Shown here piece by piece: positions 17,288 through 27,118 of a stretch of 55,224 bases of DNA. The position numbers and the translations under genes are program-made. This DNA comes from Chloroflexota bacterium (lineage in GTDB: Bacteria; Chloroflexota; Dormibacteria; Dormibacterales; Dormibacteraceae): positions 1-55,224 of the forward strand of contig VBFO01000007.1 in the NCBI GenBank assembly GCA_005881025.1, read 5' to 3'. Numbering within the stretch: the stretch's first letter is position 1; each line of letters opens with the position of its first letter. The notes beneath the pieces are model-generated. The model did no database searches. It saw only the letters and a list, made by a program, of their open reading frames with translations, and had not been told where the DNA came from.

Positions 17288-18661
17288 ATGGGCGACGTCG
17301 TCGCACCGAGCGGCACCGACTCATTCGGTCAGATCGAACGCCGTGGCGTCGAGGCCATCCCGGCCGCCGAAAGGCATGGCCGTCCGCGTGACCTTGCATT
17401 CCTGTGGGCGGGAGCGTTTGTCAACTACGCGAGCCTTTTCACTGCCAGCCTGCTGACGACCTACTACGGGCTCGGGGTTTGGGATGGGCTCGTCGCCACC
17501 GTGATCGGGACCGTGACGGCTGCTCTGATCCTCGGGCTGCTCAGCAACACGGGCCCTCGTTCCGGACTACCACAGATCATCTTCACCCGCTCGATCTTCG
17601 GGCTGCGGGGTTCATACGCCGGTGCGGCCCTGACCCTGTTCCTCGCCGTTGGATGGTTTGCGGTCGACTGCGTGATCGCGGCGCAGGCCGGCGCACAGCT
17701 CGTCGGTGGAGGCGGACGCGCGCTCACCTTCGGGCTGGTGGTGGTGATCGCGATCGTCAGCGTCGCCGTGGCCGTGTACGGACACCAGACGATCAGCGTC
17801 CTCGAGAGGTACGGCGCGATTGCGTTCGCGGCGCTGTCGGGCGCACTCTTCGTTTTCCTGGCGCCTCAGTTCCACTGGGGCCAGGGACCTACCATCGCGG
17901 GCACTGACTATCCAGGCGCGTTCGTTCTCGGCGCGATGACTTGCTTTGCCCTCGTCGCTTCCTGGTTCCCGTTCGCGAGCGACTATTCGCGTTATCTACC
18001 TGCTTCCAGCGCGGCGCGGTCGGTGTCATTCTGGCCCGCGGCCGGGGTGGTGCTGCCGATGGTCTTGCTGGGCATCTTCGGTCTGCTCCTGCCCACGATC
18101 GACACCGGCCTCGCGGCCCAACAGGGAGTGCTTGCGGTGGTCAGCGCTTACGCCCCGCCATGGGTGGCGGCGCCGTTCTTCGTGTTCGTGGTCCTGGGCG
18201 AGATCTGGGCCAACTATCTGGACGTCTACACCGCCGGCCTCGTCCTGCTGGCCATGGGCGTCAAGCTGCAGAGGTGGCAGAGCGCGCTTGGCTGCGGCAT
18301 CCTGGGCAGCGCCCTGGCCGCATACGCAGTGCTCGTCAGCGACTTCCACATCGCCTACGAGGACTTTTTGATCCTCACGTACCTGTGGGCCCCCGCCTGG
18401 GCGGCGGTGGTGTTGCTGAGCTTCTTCGTATTTGAGCGTCGAGTGCGGCCAGGGGTGGCTGTCGGGGCCTGGTTCGCCGGCACCATCGCCAGCCTGGCCT
18501 TCGTGAACTACGACAACCTCTTCGGCAACATCGTCGCCGGCCCGGCTTTCTTCAACCACGGACTGATCGCGGGGCTGCATGGCGCCGACCTCAGCGGAGT
18601 GGTCAGCGTGGCGGTCGCGGCGCTGAGCTACGCGGCCATGCGGCGCGTGTCCGCGACGTGA
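17288..18661 (+). CDS. cytX: NCS1-family (purine-cytosine permease-like) transporter, probable hydroxymethylpyrimidine transporter
   Basis: About 12-TM protein. N-terminus [33 protein letters not shown] is typical of the cytosine/HMP permease family. It sits behind the TPP riboswitch and overlaps thiD by 4 nt. The 17189 start in the ORF track would read through the riboswitch. Confidence 0.8.
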   Translation: MGDVVAPSGTDSFGQIERRGVEAIPAAERHGRPRDLAFLWAGAFVNYASLFTASLLTTYYGLGVWDGLVATVIGTVTAALILGLLSNTGPRSGLPQIIFTRSIFGLRGSYAGAALTLFLAVGWFAVDCVIAAQAGAQLVGGGGRALTFGLVVVIAIVSVAVAVYGHQTISVLERYGAIAFAALSGALFVFLAPQFHWGQGPTIAGTDYPGAFVLGAMTCFALVASWFPFASDYSRYLPASSAARSVSFWPAAGVVLPMVLLGIFGLLLPTIDTGLAAQQGVLAVVSAYAPPWVAAPFFVFVVLGEIWANYLDVYTAGLVLLAMGVKLQRWQSALGCGILGSALAAYAVLVSDFHIAYEDFLILTYLWAPAWAAVVLLSFFVFERRVRPGVAVGAWFAGTIASLAFVNYDNLFGNIVAGPAFFNHGLIAGLHGADLSGVVSVAVAALSYAAMRRVSAT

Positions 18662-19461
18662 AGCTGCCGGTCGCGCTCACCATCGCAGGATCCGATTCTG
18701 GCGGCGGCGCCGGCATCCAGGCCGACCTGAAGACCTTTGCCGTCCTTGGTGTGCACGGGACCTCGGCCATCACAGCGGTCACTGCGCAGAACACTGTCGA
18801 CGTCACCGACGTCGTGGAGATGTCTGCTCAGTCGGTGAGGGGGCAGATCGACGCAGTCGTCCTGGATCTGGGGGTCGATGCGGCAAAGACCGGCATGCTG
18901 TCGTCGGCCGAGATCATCCGGACGGTTGCCCAGGCCGTGCGCGAGCACGGTATCGCGAAGCTCGTCGTCGATCCGGTCATGGTGGCGAAGAGCGGCGCCA
19001 AATTGCTTCGTGACGACGCGGTGGATGTGCTTCGCAAGCGTCTGGTTCCGCTGGCGGCGGTCTTGACCCCAAACCTGCCTGAGGCTGAGGTCCTGCTGGG
19101 CAGAGCCATCAGCAGCCTCGACGACCGGCACGCGGCAGTGCGTGACCTCCTCGCGCTCGGCGCTCGCGCTGTAGTGCTGAAAGGAGGTCATGCAGAAGGC
19201 GACGCCCTGGACATCTACTGGGACGGGTCGGAGATGGTGGAGCTGACAGCCCATCGCATCGAGACCCGCAACACCCATGGAAGCGGATGCGTGTTCTCGG
19301 CCGCTATCGCGGCGGGCCTCGCACGAGGCATGGAGACGCTGCCCGCGGTCTCGGCCGCCAAGCGCTTCATCACCGACGCCATCGAGCACTCGCTCGAGCT
19401 GGGTCATGGCCACGGACCGGTAAATCCCGCATTCAGCCTGGATCCCGAGGCCGGGCGCTGA
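18658..19461 (+). CDS. thiD: Hydroxymethylpyrimidine / phosphomethylpyrimidine kinase
   Basis: [41 protein letters not shown]... and ...[18 protein letters not shown]. Confidence 0.9.
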   Translation: MKLPVALTIAGSDSGGGAGIQADLKTFAVLGVHGTSAITAVTAQNTVDVTDVVEMSAQSVRGQIDAVVLDLGVDAAKTGMLSSAEIIRTVAQAVREHGIAKLVVDPVMVAKSGAKLLRDDAVDVLRKRLVPLAAVLTPNLPEAEVLLGRAISSLDDRHAAVRDLLALGARAVVLKGGHAEGDALDIYWDGSEMVELTAHRIETRNTHGSGCVFSAAIAAGLARGMETLPAVSAAKRFITDAIEHSLELGHGHGPVNPAFSLDPEAGR

Positions 19462-19502
19462 CGCAACCATCCCGCGGAAAGCCCGTTTAAGCTCTACGGG
19501 TC

Positions 19503-20432
19503 ATGCCTCGAACCAGGAAGCCTCGACAGAGCGTGGATCCGGACGAATCAGCTTCAAATCAGGCTGCGAACCGGCCTCCCGCGGATGACCGAGCCGAAGG
19601 CGAGGGCACGGAGAACCGGCCGTCTCAGCTGGACCAGATCAGGGCTGCCATCGCCAAACAACCGGCGGCCGCAGACGAGATGCCTGAGCTCCCCGCGCCC
19701 GGGTCGCAAGAAGCACCGGAGCTCGGGGCCCACGTGGAGGAGCCCAGTCCGCCGGAGGCGGCCGAGCCCGCTCAGCCCGTCGCCGCGCCGTCCTCGGTCT
19801 GGGTCCCTCCCCCGACCCATCCACCACAGCCACCTCAGCCGCCACCTCAGCCCCCACGTGTGGGGGGATCGCCGATGGGCACGAGGTCGAGCCTGGCGCT
19901 TGGAATCGTGCTGGTGGTGGTAGGCGCCTTCTTTCTCGTGATGCGCATCTACGACATCGACCTGAGCACCTACGGCTGGCCCCTTTACGTCATCATCCCG
20001 GGCCTCACGCTGCTGGTTGTCGGCTTCGTGAGCCTGGGCACGGGCGCGATCATCCCCGGCGGCATCTTGACCATGACCGGCCTTGTGCTCGCCTACCAGA
20101 ACAGCACCGGTGATTGGGCCAGCTGGTCGTACGCGTGGGCGCTCGTCCTGCCGGGTGGAGTGGGCCTTGGCATCTTTCTCGCCGGCCTGCGCGATCGCGA
20201 CCAGAAGCAGCTGCGACAGGGCCGTTCTTTGATCTTCTGGTCGGTGCTGATATTCATGATCGGATTCGTTTTCTTCGAGTCGATACTCAACGTCAGCGGG
20301 GTCGACTACGGCATCGTCGGGCGCGCCGCCTTGCCGGCGCTTCTGATCGTGATCGGAGTGATGCTGCTCGTGCGGAACTTCCGGCGGCAGCGGGCCGTCG
20401 CGCCTAAACCGAGCGCCCCGCCAACGTCCTGA
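19503..20432 (+). CDS. Membrane protein with a long Pro-rich disordered N-terminus
   Basis: 309 aa. The first 125 or so aa are Pro/Ala/Glu-rich (PPPTHPPQPPQPPPQPP). About 6 TM helices follow. No family assigned with confidence. Confidence 0.6.
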   Translation: MPRTRKPRQSVDPDESASNQAANRPPADDRAEGEGTENRPSQLDQIRAAIAKQPAAADEMPELPAPGSQEAPELGAHVEEPSPPEAAEPAQPVAAPSSVWVPPPTHPPQPPQPPPQPPRVGGSPMGTRSSLALGIVLVVVGAFFLVMRIYDIDLSTYGWPLYVIIPGLTLLVVGFVSLGTGAIIPGGILTMTGLVLAYQNSTGDWASWSYAWALVLPGGVGLGIFLAGLRDRDQKQLRQGRSLIFWSVLIFMIGFVFFESILNVSGVDYGIVGRAALPALLIVIGVMLLVRNFRRQRAVAPKPSAPPTS

Positions 20433-21468
20433 CCCGCCCGGCGAGCTGGTCGCGGCTCATCTGGTAGCCGATGCCGGCGCGGTACTCCCTGAACCCGAGC
20501 TTGTGGTTGATCGCAAGCATCGGTCCATTGGAGTTCGCGTTGCCGGTCGAGATCCACTCGACCTCCGGATAGCGACGATGGATCCGATCGAGCATCAAGG
20601 CCTTGATCCACTTGCCGATCCCCCGACCGCGCGTCTCCGGCCGCACACCCGTGAACATCTGCTCCACGATCGTGGGTCGATGCGGCGCCCAGGCCACGTC
20701 GGTCATGCCTGAGATGGTGCCGTCAGGCTCCCTGGTCAGGACGAGGTGGTGGACCTCTTGCAAGAGGTCCATGCGCTCGTACCAGTTGCGGAGCTGGGCG
20801 GCGGTGATCACCACCTCGCCGTGGTCCAGGTCGTCGAACGGCATCGTGTTCAGCAGGGCCGCCAGCTGTGGAGCAAACTCGTCCCACATCGACTCGGGAG
20901 GATGGTCGTCGTAGACCTCGAGCTTGGTGTGGGGCGAGCGGACCGGACCATCGTCGATCCAGCTCTGAACCATCTGCCAGTCCACGTCCGCCAGTCGCAG
21001 GCGGTTCTCGGCACCCCAGATCTTGGGCTCCGCGCCGAGCCACTTCAGGAATTCGTGGCCGGAGTCCTCCTCGGCGTCGCAGCTGAGGACTGTGCATCCA
21101 TGCCTGTCCATGAGCTCGAGCACCAGCGGCAGCCATGACCTTCCGATCCCTTGCCTCCGGTGATCGCGTCCGACCTCGGCCATCGCCTCGAAGAGGTGAT
21201 GGTTCTGTTCATAGCCGGGAGCTCCGGGCTTGACGCTGGTGGCCGTGAACCAGCTCAGCATCCGACCGCCATCGGAGATCTCGTAACGATGGATGATGTC
21301 GAAAGGCCGCTCGTGCTTCATGTACTGCTCTTCGAGCTCGTCCGGGCGAACGGGATCGTCCGGCCGCGTCTCGGCGTGGCGCTCATGCCGGAAGGCGTGG
21401 TAACGCCGCCAGAAATCGGCATCAGCGGAATTCGGGTCCACCTCGACAGGTACCAGGTTTTTGACCAT
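20404..21468 (-). CDS. Tandem-GNAT N-acetyltransferase
   Basis: Two acetyl-CoA-binding-type motifs, RRQGIGRSW and TRGRGIGKWI, in a 354-aa protein. An alternative GTG start lies at 21441. Confidence 0.75.
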   Translation of the reverse strand: MVKNLVPVEVDPNSADADFWRRYHAFRHERHAETRPDDPVRPDELEEQYMKHERPFDIIHRYEISDGGRMLSWFTATSVKPGAPGYEQNHHLFEAMAEVGRDHRRQGIGRSWLPLVLELMDRHGCTVLSCDAEEDSGHEFLKWLGAEPKIWGAENRLRLADVDWQMVQSWIDDGPVRSPHTKLEVYDDHPPESMWDEFAPQLAALLNTMPFDDLDHGEVVITAAQLRNWYERMDLLQEVHHLVLTREPDGTISGMTDVAWAPHRPTIVEQMFTGVRPETRGRGIGKWIKALMLDRIHRRYPEVEWISTGNANSNGPMLAINHKLGFREYRAGIGYQMSRDQLAGRVRTLAGRSV

Positions 21469-22234
21469 GCCTGAGGATCATCCTCCCACAACCGATGGCG
21501 AGCGCCGATTCAAGGTCGGGGTCACCATCCATCCGCAGCAGTGCACCATCACCGAGCTGCGCGATGCGTGGCGGAGAGCCGATGAGCTCGGGGTGGACAG
21601 CATCTGGTTCTGGGACCACTTTTTTCCTCTCTATGGAGACCCCGAAGGCAATCAGTTCGAGTGTTGGTCCCTCCTCGCGGCAGCTGCCATTGACACGCGG
21701 GCGCCGCAGATCGGGCCGATGGTCAGCGCCATCGGCTATCGCAACCCGGACCTGATCGCTTACATGGCAGGGACGATCGACCAGTTGTCGGGCGGACGCT
21801 TCGTGCTGGGGCTGGGCGCCGGATGGTTCGAGCGCGATTACACCGAGTATGGATTTCAGTTCGGAGAGGTTCGCGATCGGCTGCGGACCTTGAAGCAGGC
21901 ATTGCCGAGGATCCGGGCGCGTGTCGACCGGCTGAAGCCGGGGCCCGCGGGGCGGATGCCGATCCTCATCGGCGGTGGCGGCGAGAAGGTCACGCTGCGG
22001 CTGGTGGCAGAGCATGCGCAGATGTGGAACGCGCTCGGCTCGCCAGACGAGTACGCCCGGAAGTCCGAGATCCTCGACGGGTACTGCCGGCAGATCGGGC
22101 GCGATCCGAAGGAGATCGAGCGCACGGCCAACGTCACGCTGCGCTCAGATAGGGAGATCGACGAGTGGCTGGAGGCGGGACTCCAGCATTTCGTGCTGCG
22201 GCGTTCGACACCAAGCAGCTGGAGAAGGTGCTGA
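21461..22234 (+). CDS. LLM-class (luciferase-like) F420-dependent-type oxidoreductase
   Basis: FKVGVTIHPQQ...ELGVDSIWFWDHFFPLYGDP...GRFVLGLGAGWFERDYTEYGF. Start is the TTG at 21461 or the ATG at 21467. The 3' end may be frameshifted (see findings). Confidence 0.8.
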   Translation: MTMPEDHPPTTDGERRFKVGVTIHPQQCTITELRDAWRRADELGVDSIWFWDHFFPLYGDPEGNQFECWSLLAAAAIDTRAPQIGPMVSAIGYRNPDLIAYMAGTIDQLSGGRFVLGLGAGWFERDYTEYGFQFGEVRDRLRTLKQALPRIRARVDRLKPGPAGRMPILIGGGGEKVTLRLVAEHAQMWNALGSPDEYARKSEILDGYCRQIGRDPKEIERTANVTLRSDREIDEWLEAGLQHFVLRRSTPSSWRRC

Positions 22235-22361
22235 AGCTGTCTCGGTAAAGGCCCTGGTGAGTGCTCTGGAGCACAAGGCGGTCAAGGTCCATTTGTGGCC
22301 CGCGCACTAACGCACGCGACCAGGCCCGCCTACGATGACGACACCACACCCTCTTCGCGGC

Positions 22362-22403
22362 GCGAGCCTCCACCCGAAATGGGCGGGGGCTCGCTCTCTT
22401 TTT
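22362..22403 (+). terminator. Probable intrinsic terminator after the LLM gene
   Basis: GCGAGCCUCCACCC-gaaau-GGGCGGGGGCUCGC, followed by UCUCUUUUU. Confidence 0.55.
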
Positions 22404-22431
22404 CCCTGCCGAGTGGCGGAAAGCCGACTGG

Positions 22432-23791
22432 CTACGCCGCCTTGACCGCGGTAACCAGCTTCGTCAGCGAGTCCTTCGCGTCCCCGAAGAACATGATCGT
22501 TTTCGGGTCGTACATCAGGTCGTTGTCTATGCCTGCAAATCCCGGGCGCATCGACCTCTTCATGAACACGATGTTCTTGGCCTGGTCGGCATTCAGGATC
22601 GGCATGCCATAGATCGGACTGCCCGGCGATGATCGCGCCGCCGGGTTGACAACGTCATTCGCGCCCACCACGAGCACGACGTCTGCGTCCCTGAACTGGT
22701 CGTTGATCTCGTCCATCTCCTTCAGCTGCTCATAGGGCACGTTGGCCTCAGCCAGCAGCACGTTCATGTGCCCCGGCATCCTTCCAGCCACGGGATGGAT
22801 TCTCGAGCAGGTCCGCCAGCTCGCGGACCGCGTGCTGCGCCTGCGCCACCGCCAGCCCATAGCCCGGCACGATGATCACGCGCCGCGAGTAAGCGAGCAA
22901 GGTGGCGAGGTCCTCGGCGGAGCCGGCGCGGACAGAACGCGCCTCTTTTCCGCCCGCGGCGGCCGTGCCTGTCCGCACCTTGCCGAACGCGCCGAACAAC
23001 ACATTGCCGAGGGACCTGCCCATGGCGTCGCTCATGAGCTTGGTCAGCAAGCTACCTGACGCTCCAACCAGGGTCCCCGCGACGATCAGCGCGAAGTTGT
23101 TCAGCGTGAAACCGCTGGCCGCGACCGCAAGGCCGGTGAACGCGTTTAGAAGTGAGATCACCACCGGCATGTCGGCGCCACCAATCGGCAGCACGAACGC
23201 GACGCCAAGGATCAGCGCGAGCACCATCAGCGCGACGAAAGAGAACGGGATCGATGCGATCACCAGCACTGCGACGACAAATCCGATGATCAGCGCCGCG
23301 AGGAGCCCGTTCACCAGTTGCTGGCCCGGATAGGTGATCGGGGTCCCGGTCATCAGCTCCTGCAGCTTGGCGAACGCGACCATGCTGCCCGCGAACGAGA
23401 TCGACCCGATCACGATGCTGAACACGCTCGGGAACGCCTCTGCGAACGGTGGGCGGGTACCGAAAGTCAGCAGCTCTGACACCGCCACCAGCGCCGCCGC
23501 CCCACCGCCCACGCCATTGAACAGGGCGACCATCTGCGGGATCGCGGTCATCTTCACCATCCGCGCTCCAAAGGCTCCGATCAACGCGCCGACGGCGACG
23601 CCTACGCCGATGATCACCAACCCGGCCGTCGTGAAATGCAGCAACGGCAGCGTGGCTCCGAGCGCGATCACCATGCCCGCCGCAGCGGTGAAGTTGCCGT
23701 TCCGGGCGCCCTTCGGCGAGCTCAGCTGCTTGAGGCCGAGGATGAACAGCACCGCGGCCATTAGATAGGCGAGAGCGATCGCGAGATTCAT
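22432..23791 (-). pseudogene. pntB: NAD(P) transhydrogenase subunit beta, reading frame broken by an internal deletion
   Basis: ORF 22748..23791 encodes the TM domain plus ...VIIVPGYGLAVAQAQHAVRELADLLE. ORF 22432..22860 encodes, in another frame, [33 protein letters not shown]...GDAKDSL. The two parts meet at about 22801. Confidence 0.75.
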
Positions 23792-24099
23792 CTGGTTGCG
23801 GTCGACTTGGGTGCCGCGGCTCGTCCTTTGAACATCTCCAGCATCCGGTCGGTGACCACGAATCCGCCCACCACGTTCGTGGTGGCGAGGATCACCGCGA
23901 CCAGTCCCAACGCGATGGTCAACGGCGAGTCCGCGCCGGCGGCGATGACGATCGCGCCGACCAGGATGATGCCGTGGATGGCATTCGTGCCCGACATCAG
24001 TGGGGTATGCAGGATGGTTGGCACCTTGGAGATGACCTCGATGCCGACGAAGATCGCAAGCACGAAGTAGGTGACCTCGGTCAGCAGCTCGTTGCTCAT
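23788..24099 (-). CDS. pntAB: NAD(P) transhydrogenase subunit alpha part 2 (membrane)
   Basis: 103 aa from the ATG at 24099 (MSNELLTEVTYFVLAIFVGIEVISKVP...). ATGA overlap with pntAA and 4-nt overlap with pntB. Confidence 0.85.
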   Translation of the reverse strand: MSNELLTEVTYFVLAIFVGIEVISKVPTILHTPLMSGTNAIHGIILVGAIVIAAGADSPLTIALGLVAVILATTNVVGGFVVTDRMLEMFKGRAAAPKSTATR

Positions 24100-25229
24100 G
24101 AGGCCGCGGCCAGCAGTTGCTTCGCGCGCTCGCTCACTATCTCGCCGCCATGAGTCACGCACGCGCCCTTGGTGATCTCGTCTTGGAAATCGAGGTTGAT
24201 CGCTCCGTCTTTCACCAGGTGCAGCAAGAGATTGGCGACGTTGCGTGCATAAAGCTGGCTGGCGTGCAGCGGCATCGTGGACGGAACGTTGCGCGTGCCG
24301 ATGATCAGGACGCCGCCAACATCCGTGTCCTTGCCGGCCTGAGTCAGCTCGACGTTTCCCCCTGACTCCGCCGCGAGGTCGACGACCACGGATCCTGGAC
24401 GCATGCCTCTCACCATGTCCGCAGTCACCAGCAGTGGGGCGCGGCGCCCAGGTACGGCGGCAGTCGTGATCACGACGTCGGACTTGGCGATGTGCTCGCC
24501 GATCAGCTCTCGCTGCTTGCGGAGAAACTCCTCGGACTGCTCGCGTGCGTATCCGCCCTCACCTTCCTGCGCCTCCAGAGCCAGCTCGATGAAGGCGGCG
24601 CCGAGGGACTGCACCTCTTCTTTCACGACTGGGCGCACGTCGTAGGCGGAGACGACCGCTCCCAACCGGCGCGCGGTGGCGATCGCCTGCAGGCCCGCGA
24701 CTCCCGCGCCCATGACCAGCACCCGCGCCGGAGCCACAGTGCCGGCCGCGGTCATCATCATCGGGAAGAACTTCCCCAGCCGCTCCGCCGCCATCAGCAC
24801 GGACTTGTAGCCCGCAGCCGAGGCTTGAGATGAAAGCGCGTCCATCGACTGCGCGCGCGAGATGCGTGGTACGAGCTCGAGGCTGAAAGCCGTAACGCCC
24901 TGCTTGGCGAGCGCTCGCACGATGTCGGCCTGTGTGGCGGGCTGCAGGAAGCTGACCAGGACCGCGCCCGCTCTCACCAGCCCCGCCTCTGCCACCGAAG
25001 GCGCCTGGACCTTCAACACCGCGTCCGCGTCGCGCAGCAGATCCGATATGCCACCGACGACGCGCACCCCCGTGGTCCGGTAAGCCTCATCGGACAGGTA
25101 GGCGGCTGCACCGGCGCCCGCCTCGACGCTGACCTGGAGGCCGGCCGCGATCAGCTTGGTGGCGGTGTCCGGGACCAGGGCCACGCGGCGCTCATCCGCC
25201 GCGGTCTCTTTGGGGGTCGCAACCTTCAC
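24096..25229 (-). CDS. pntAA: NAD(P) transhydrogenase subunit alpha part 1 (AlaDH-like dI domain)
   Basis: The GTG at 25229 gives MKVATPKETAADERRVALVPD... Rossmann motif VMGAGVAGLQAIATARRLGA. The ORF-track start at 25313 would abut korA. Confidence 0.85.
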   Translation of the reverse strand: MKVATPKETAADERRVALVPDTATKLIAAGLQVSVEAGAGAAAYLSDEAYRTTGVRVVGGISDLLRDADAVLKVQAPSVAEAGLVRAGAVLVSFLQPATQADIVRALAKQGVTAFSLELVPRISRAQSMDALSSQASAAGYKSVLMAAERLGKFFPMMMTAAGTVAPARVLVMGAGVAGLQAIATARRLGAVVSAYDVRPVVKEEVQSLGAAFIELALEAQEGEGGYAREQSEEFLRKQRELIGEHIAKSDVVITTAAVPGRRAPLLVTADMVRGMRPGSVVVDLAAESGGNVELTQAGKDTDVGGVLIIGTRNVPSTMPLHASQLYARNVANLLLHLVKDGAINLDFQDEITKGACVTHGGEIVSERAKQLLAAAS

Positions 25230-25312
25230 AAGCAATGGGAATGTAGCGGAACGCCTAAGCCGCCATCCGCGGCACACGACCCGCGTAGACTCATTGATCC
25301 GCCATACCCTCA

Positions 25313-27118
25313 ATGACCGAACCCATCGTCAACGACCTCACCATCCAGGCCGCAACTGTCAACGGCTCAGGTAGCCAGACCGCCAATCTCGTGTTGACTC
25401 GCGCGATCTTCAAGATGGGTGTTCCCGTCGCGCCCAAGAACGTCTTTCCCTCCAACATCGAAGGCCTGCCCACGTGGTACCAGCTGCGAGTCACGCCCGA
25501 GGGCTACATGGCGCGCTCGGATCGGGTGGACATCCTGGTCGCGTTCAACGCCGCGACCTGGCGCGATGACTTGGGTACCGTCAGGCCCGGCGGGGTCGTC
25601 ATCCACGAGGAGTCCTACTCGACCGCGGACGCCCGCACCGACGTGACCTACTACGCTGTCCCGTTCTCCAAGCTCGCCAAGTCAAAGATCCCCAACGAGA
25701 CACTGCGCAAGCAGCTCGCCAACATGATCTACGTCGGCGTCGTGGCCGGCGTTCTGAGCATCCCTTGGGAAGCGATCGAACATGGCGTGAAGCGCCAGTT
25801 CCTGTCCAAGCCGAAAGCCGTGCAGGTGAACCTCGATGCAGTGAAGGTCGGCCTCGACTACTGGCAGGACAACTTCTCCAAGCAGGATCCCTACCGGCTG
25901 GAGCCGATGACCGGAGTCGTGGAGGGCAAGGCGCTTGTCGAGGGCAACCAGGCCGCGGCGCTGGGCGCGCTCATGGGTGGCGTGACGGTCGCAGCCTGGT
26001 ACCCGATCACCCCCTCGTCCTCTCTTTGTGAGTACCTGATCGCCTACTCGGACCGCTTTCGTACCGATGCCAAGACCGGCGAGAAGCGCATCGCCGTGGT
26101 GCAGGCAGAGGACGAGCTGGCGGCGGTCGGGATGGCAATCGGAGCCTCATGGGCGGGCGCTCGCGCGATGACCTCGACCTCAGGCCCGGGCATCTCGCTG
26201 ATGGCGGAGTTCGCCGGCCTCGCCTATTACGCCGAGGTGCCAGTCGTGATTTTCGACATCCAGCGCATCGGTCCGTCGACCGGACTTCCCACGCGAACCT
26301 CGCAGGGCGACATAAGTTTCGCCTACACGATCTCCCACGGAGACACCAAGCACCTGGTTCTGCTCCCCGGTACGGTGGAGGAGTGCTACGAGTTCGGCCG
26401 CGACGCATTCGATTACGCCGACCGCTTCCAGACCGCCGTGTTCGTGCTCTCCGACCTGGACCTCGGAATGAACCTGTGGATGACACCGTCGTTCAGCTAT
26501 CCAGACAAGCCGTTTGACCGCGGCAAGGTGCTGAGCAAGGCCGACCTGGAAAAGCTGGGCGGCGAGTGGGGCCGATACCAGGACGTCGACGGCGACGGCA
26601 TCACATACCGCACGCTGCCCGGGACCGATCACCCCTCGGCCGGGTACTTCACTCGCGGCTCAGGCCACGACGAGCATGCGCGCTACACCGAGCGCGCGGA
26701 TGCCTATGCGCGGAACATGGATCGCCTCAGCAAGAAATTCGAGACCGCGCGGAAGGCGCTGCCCGCGCCGGTGACCGACGAGAGCGCCGGGTCTGCGATC
26801 GGGCTCATCGCCTTCGGCTCCACCAACGCCGCCGTCGTCGAGGCACGCCAGACTCTCGTGGAGGCCGGCCGGCCCGTCGACTACATGCGCTTGCGCGCGC
26901 TTCCGCTGTCGGTCGAGGTGGCGGAGTTTGTGGAGCGCCACGAGCACGTGTACGTCGTGGAGCAGAATCGTGACGGCCAGATGTTCGACCTCATCAAGCT
27001 CGCGCTGCCGCCCGACCTGACGGGACGCCTGCGCTCGATCCGCCACTACGACGGCCAGCCGATCCCGGCCGAGGCCATCACCGAACCCCTGCTCCAATCG
27101 GAGGCTGTCGCTATATGA
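25313..27118 (+). CDS. korA: 2-oxoacid:ferredoxin (acceptor) oxidoreductase subunit alpha
   Basis: 601 aa with a fused gamma+alpha domain pattern: TIQAATVNGSGSQTANLVL..., ...GNQAAALGALMGGVTVAAWYPITPSS... Confidence 0.85.
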   Translation: MTEPIVNDLTIQAATVNGSGSQTANLVLTRAIFKMGVPVAPKNVFPSNIEGLPTWYQLRVTPEGYMARSDRVDILVAFNAATWRDDLGTVRPGGVVIHEESYSTADARTDVTYYAVPFSKLAKSKIPNETLRKQLANMIYVGVVAGVLSIPWEAIEHGVKRQFLSKPKAVQVNLDAVKVGLDYWQDNFSKQDPYRLEPMTGVVEGKALVEGNQAAALGALMGGVTVAAWYPITPSSSLCEYLIAYSDRFRTDAKTGEKRIAVVQAEDELAAVGMAIGASWAGARAMTSTSGPGISLMAEFAGLAYYAEVPVVIFDIQRIGPSTGLPTRTSQGDISFAYTISHGDTKHLVLLPGTVEECYEFGRDAFDYADRFQTAVFVLSDLDLGMNLWMTPSFSYPDKPFDRGKVLSKADLEKLGGEWGRYQDVDGDGITYRTLPGTDHPSAGYFTRGSGHDEHARYTERADAYARNMDRLSKKFETARKALPAPVTDESAGSAIGLIAFGSTNAAVVEARQTLVEAGRPVDYMRLRALPLSVEVAEFVERHEHVYVVEQNRDGQMFDLIKLALPPDLTGRLRSIRHYDGQPIPAEAITEPLLQSEAVAI

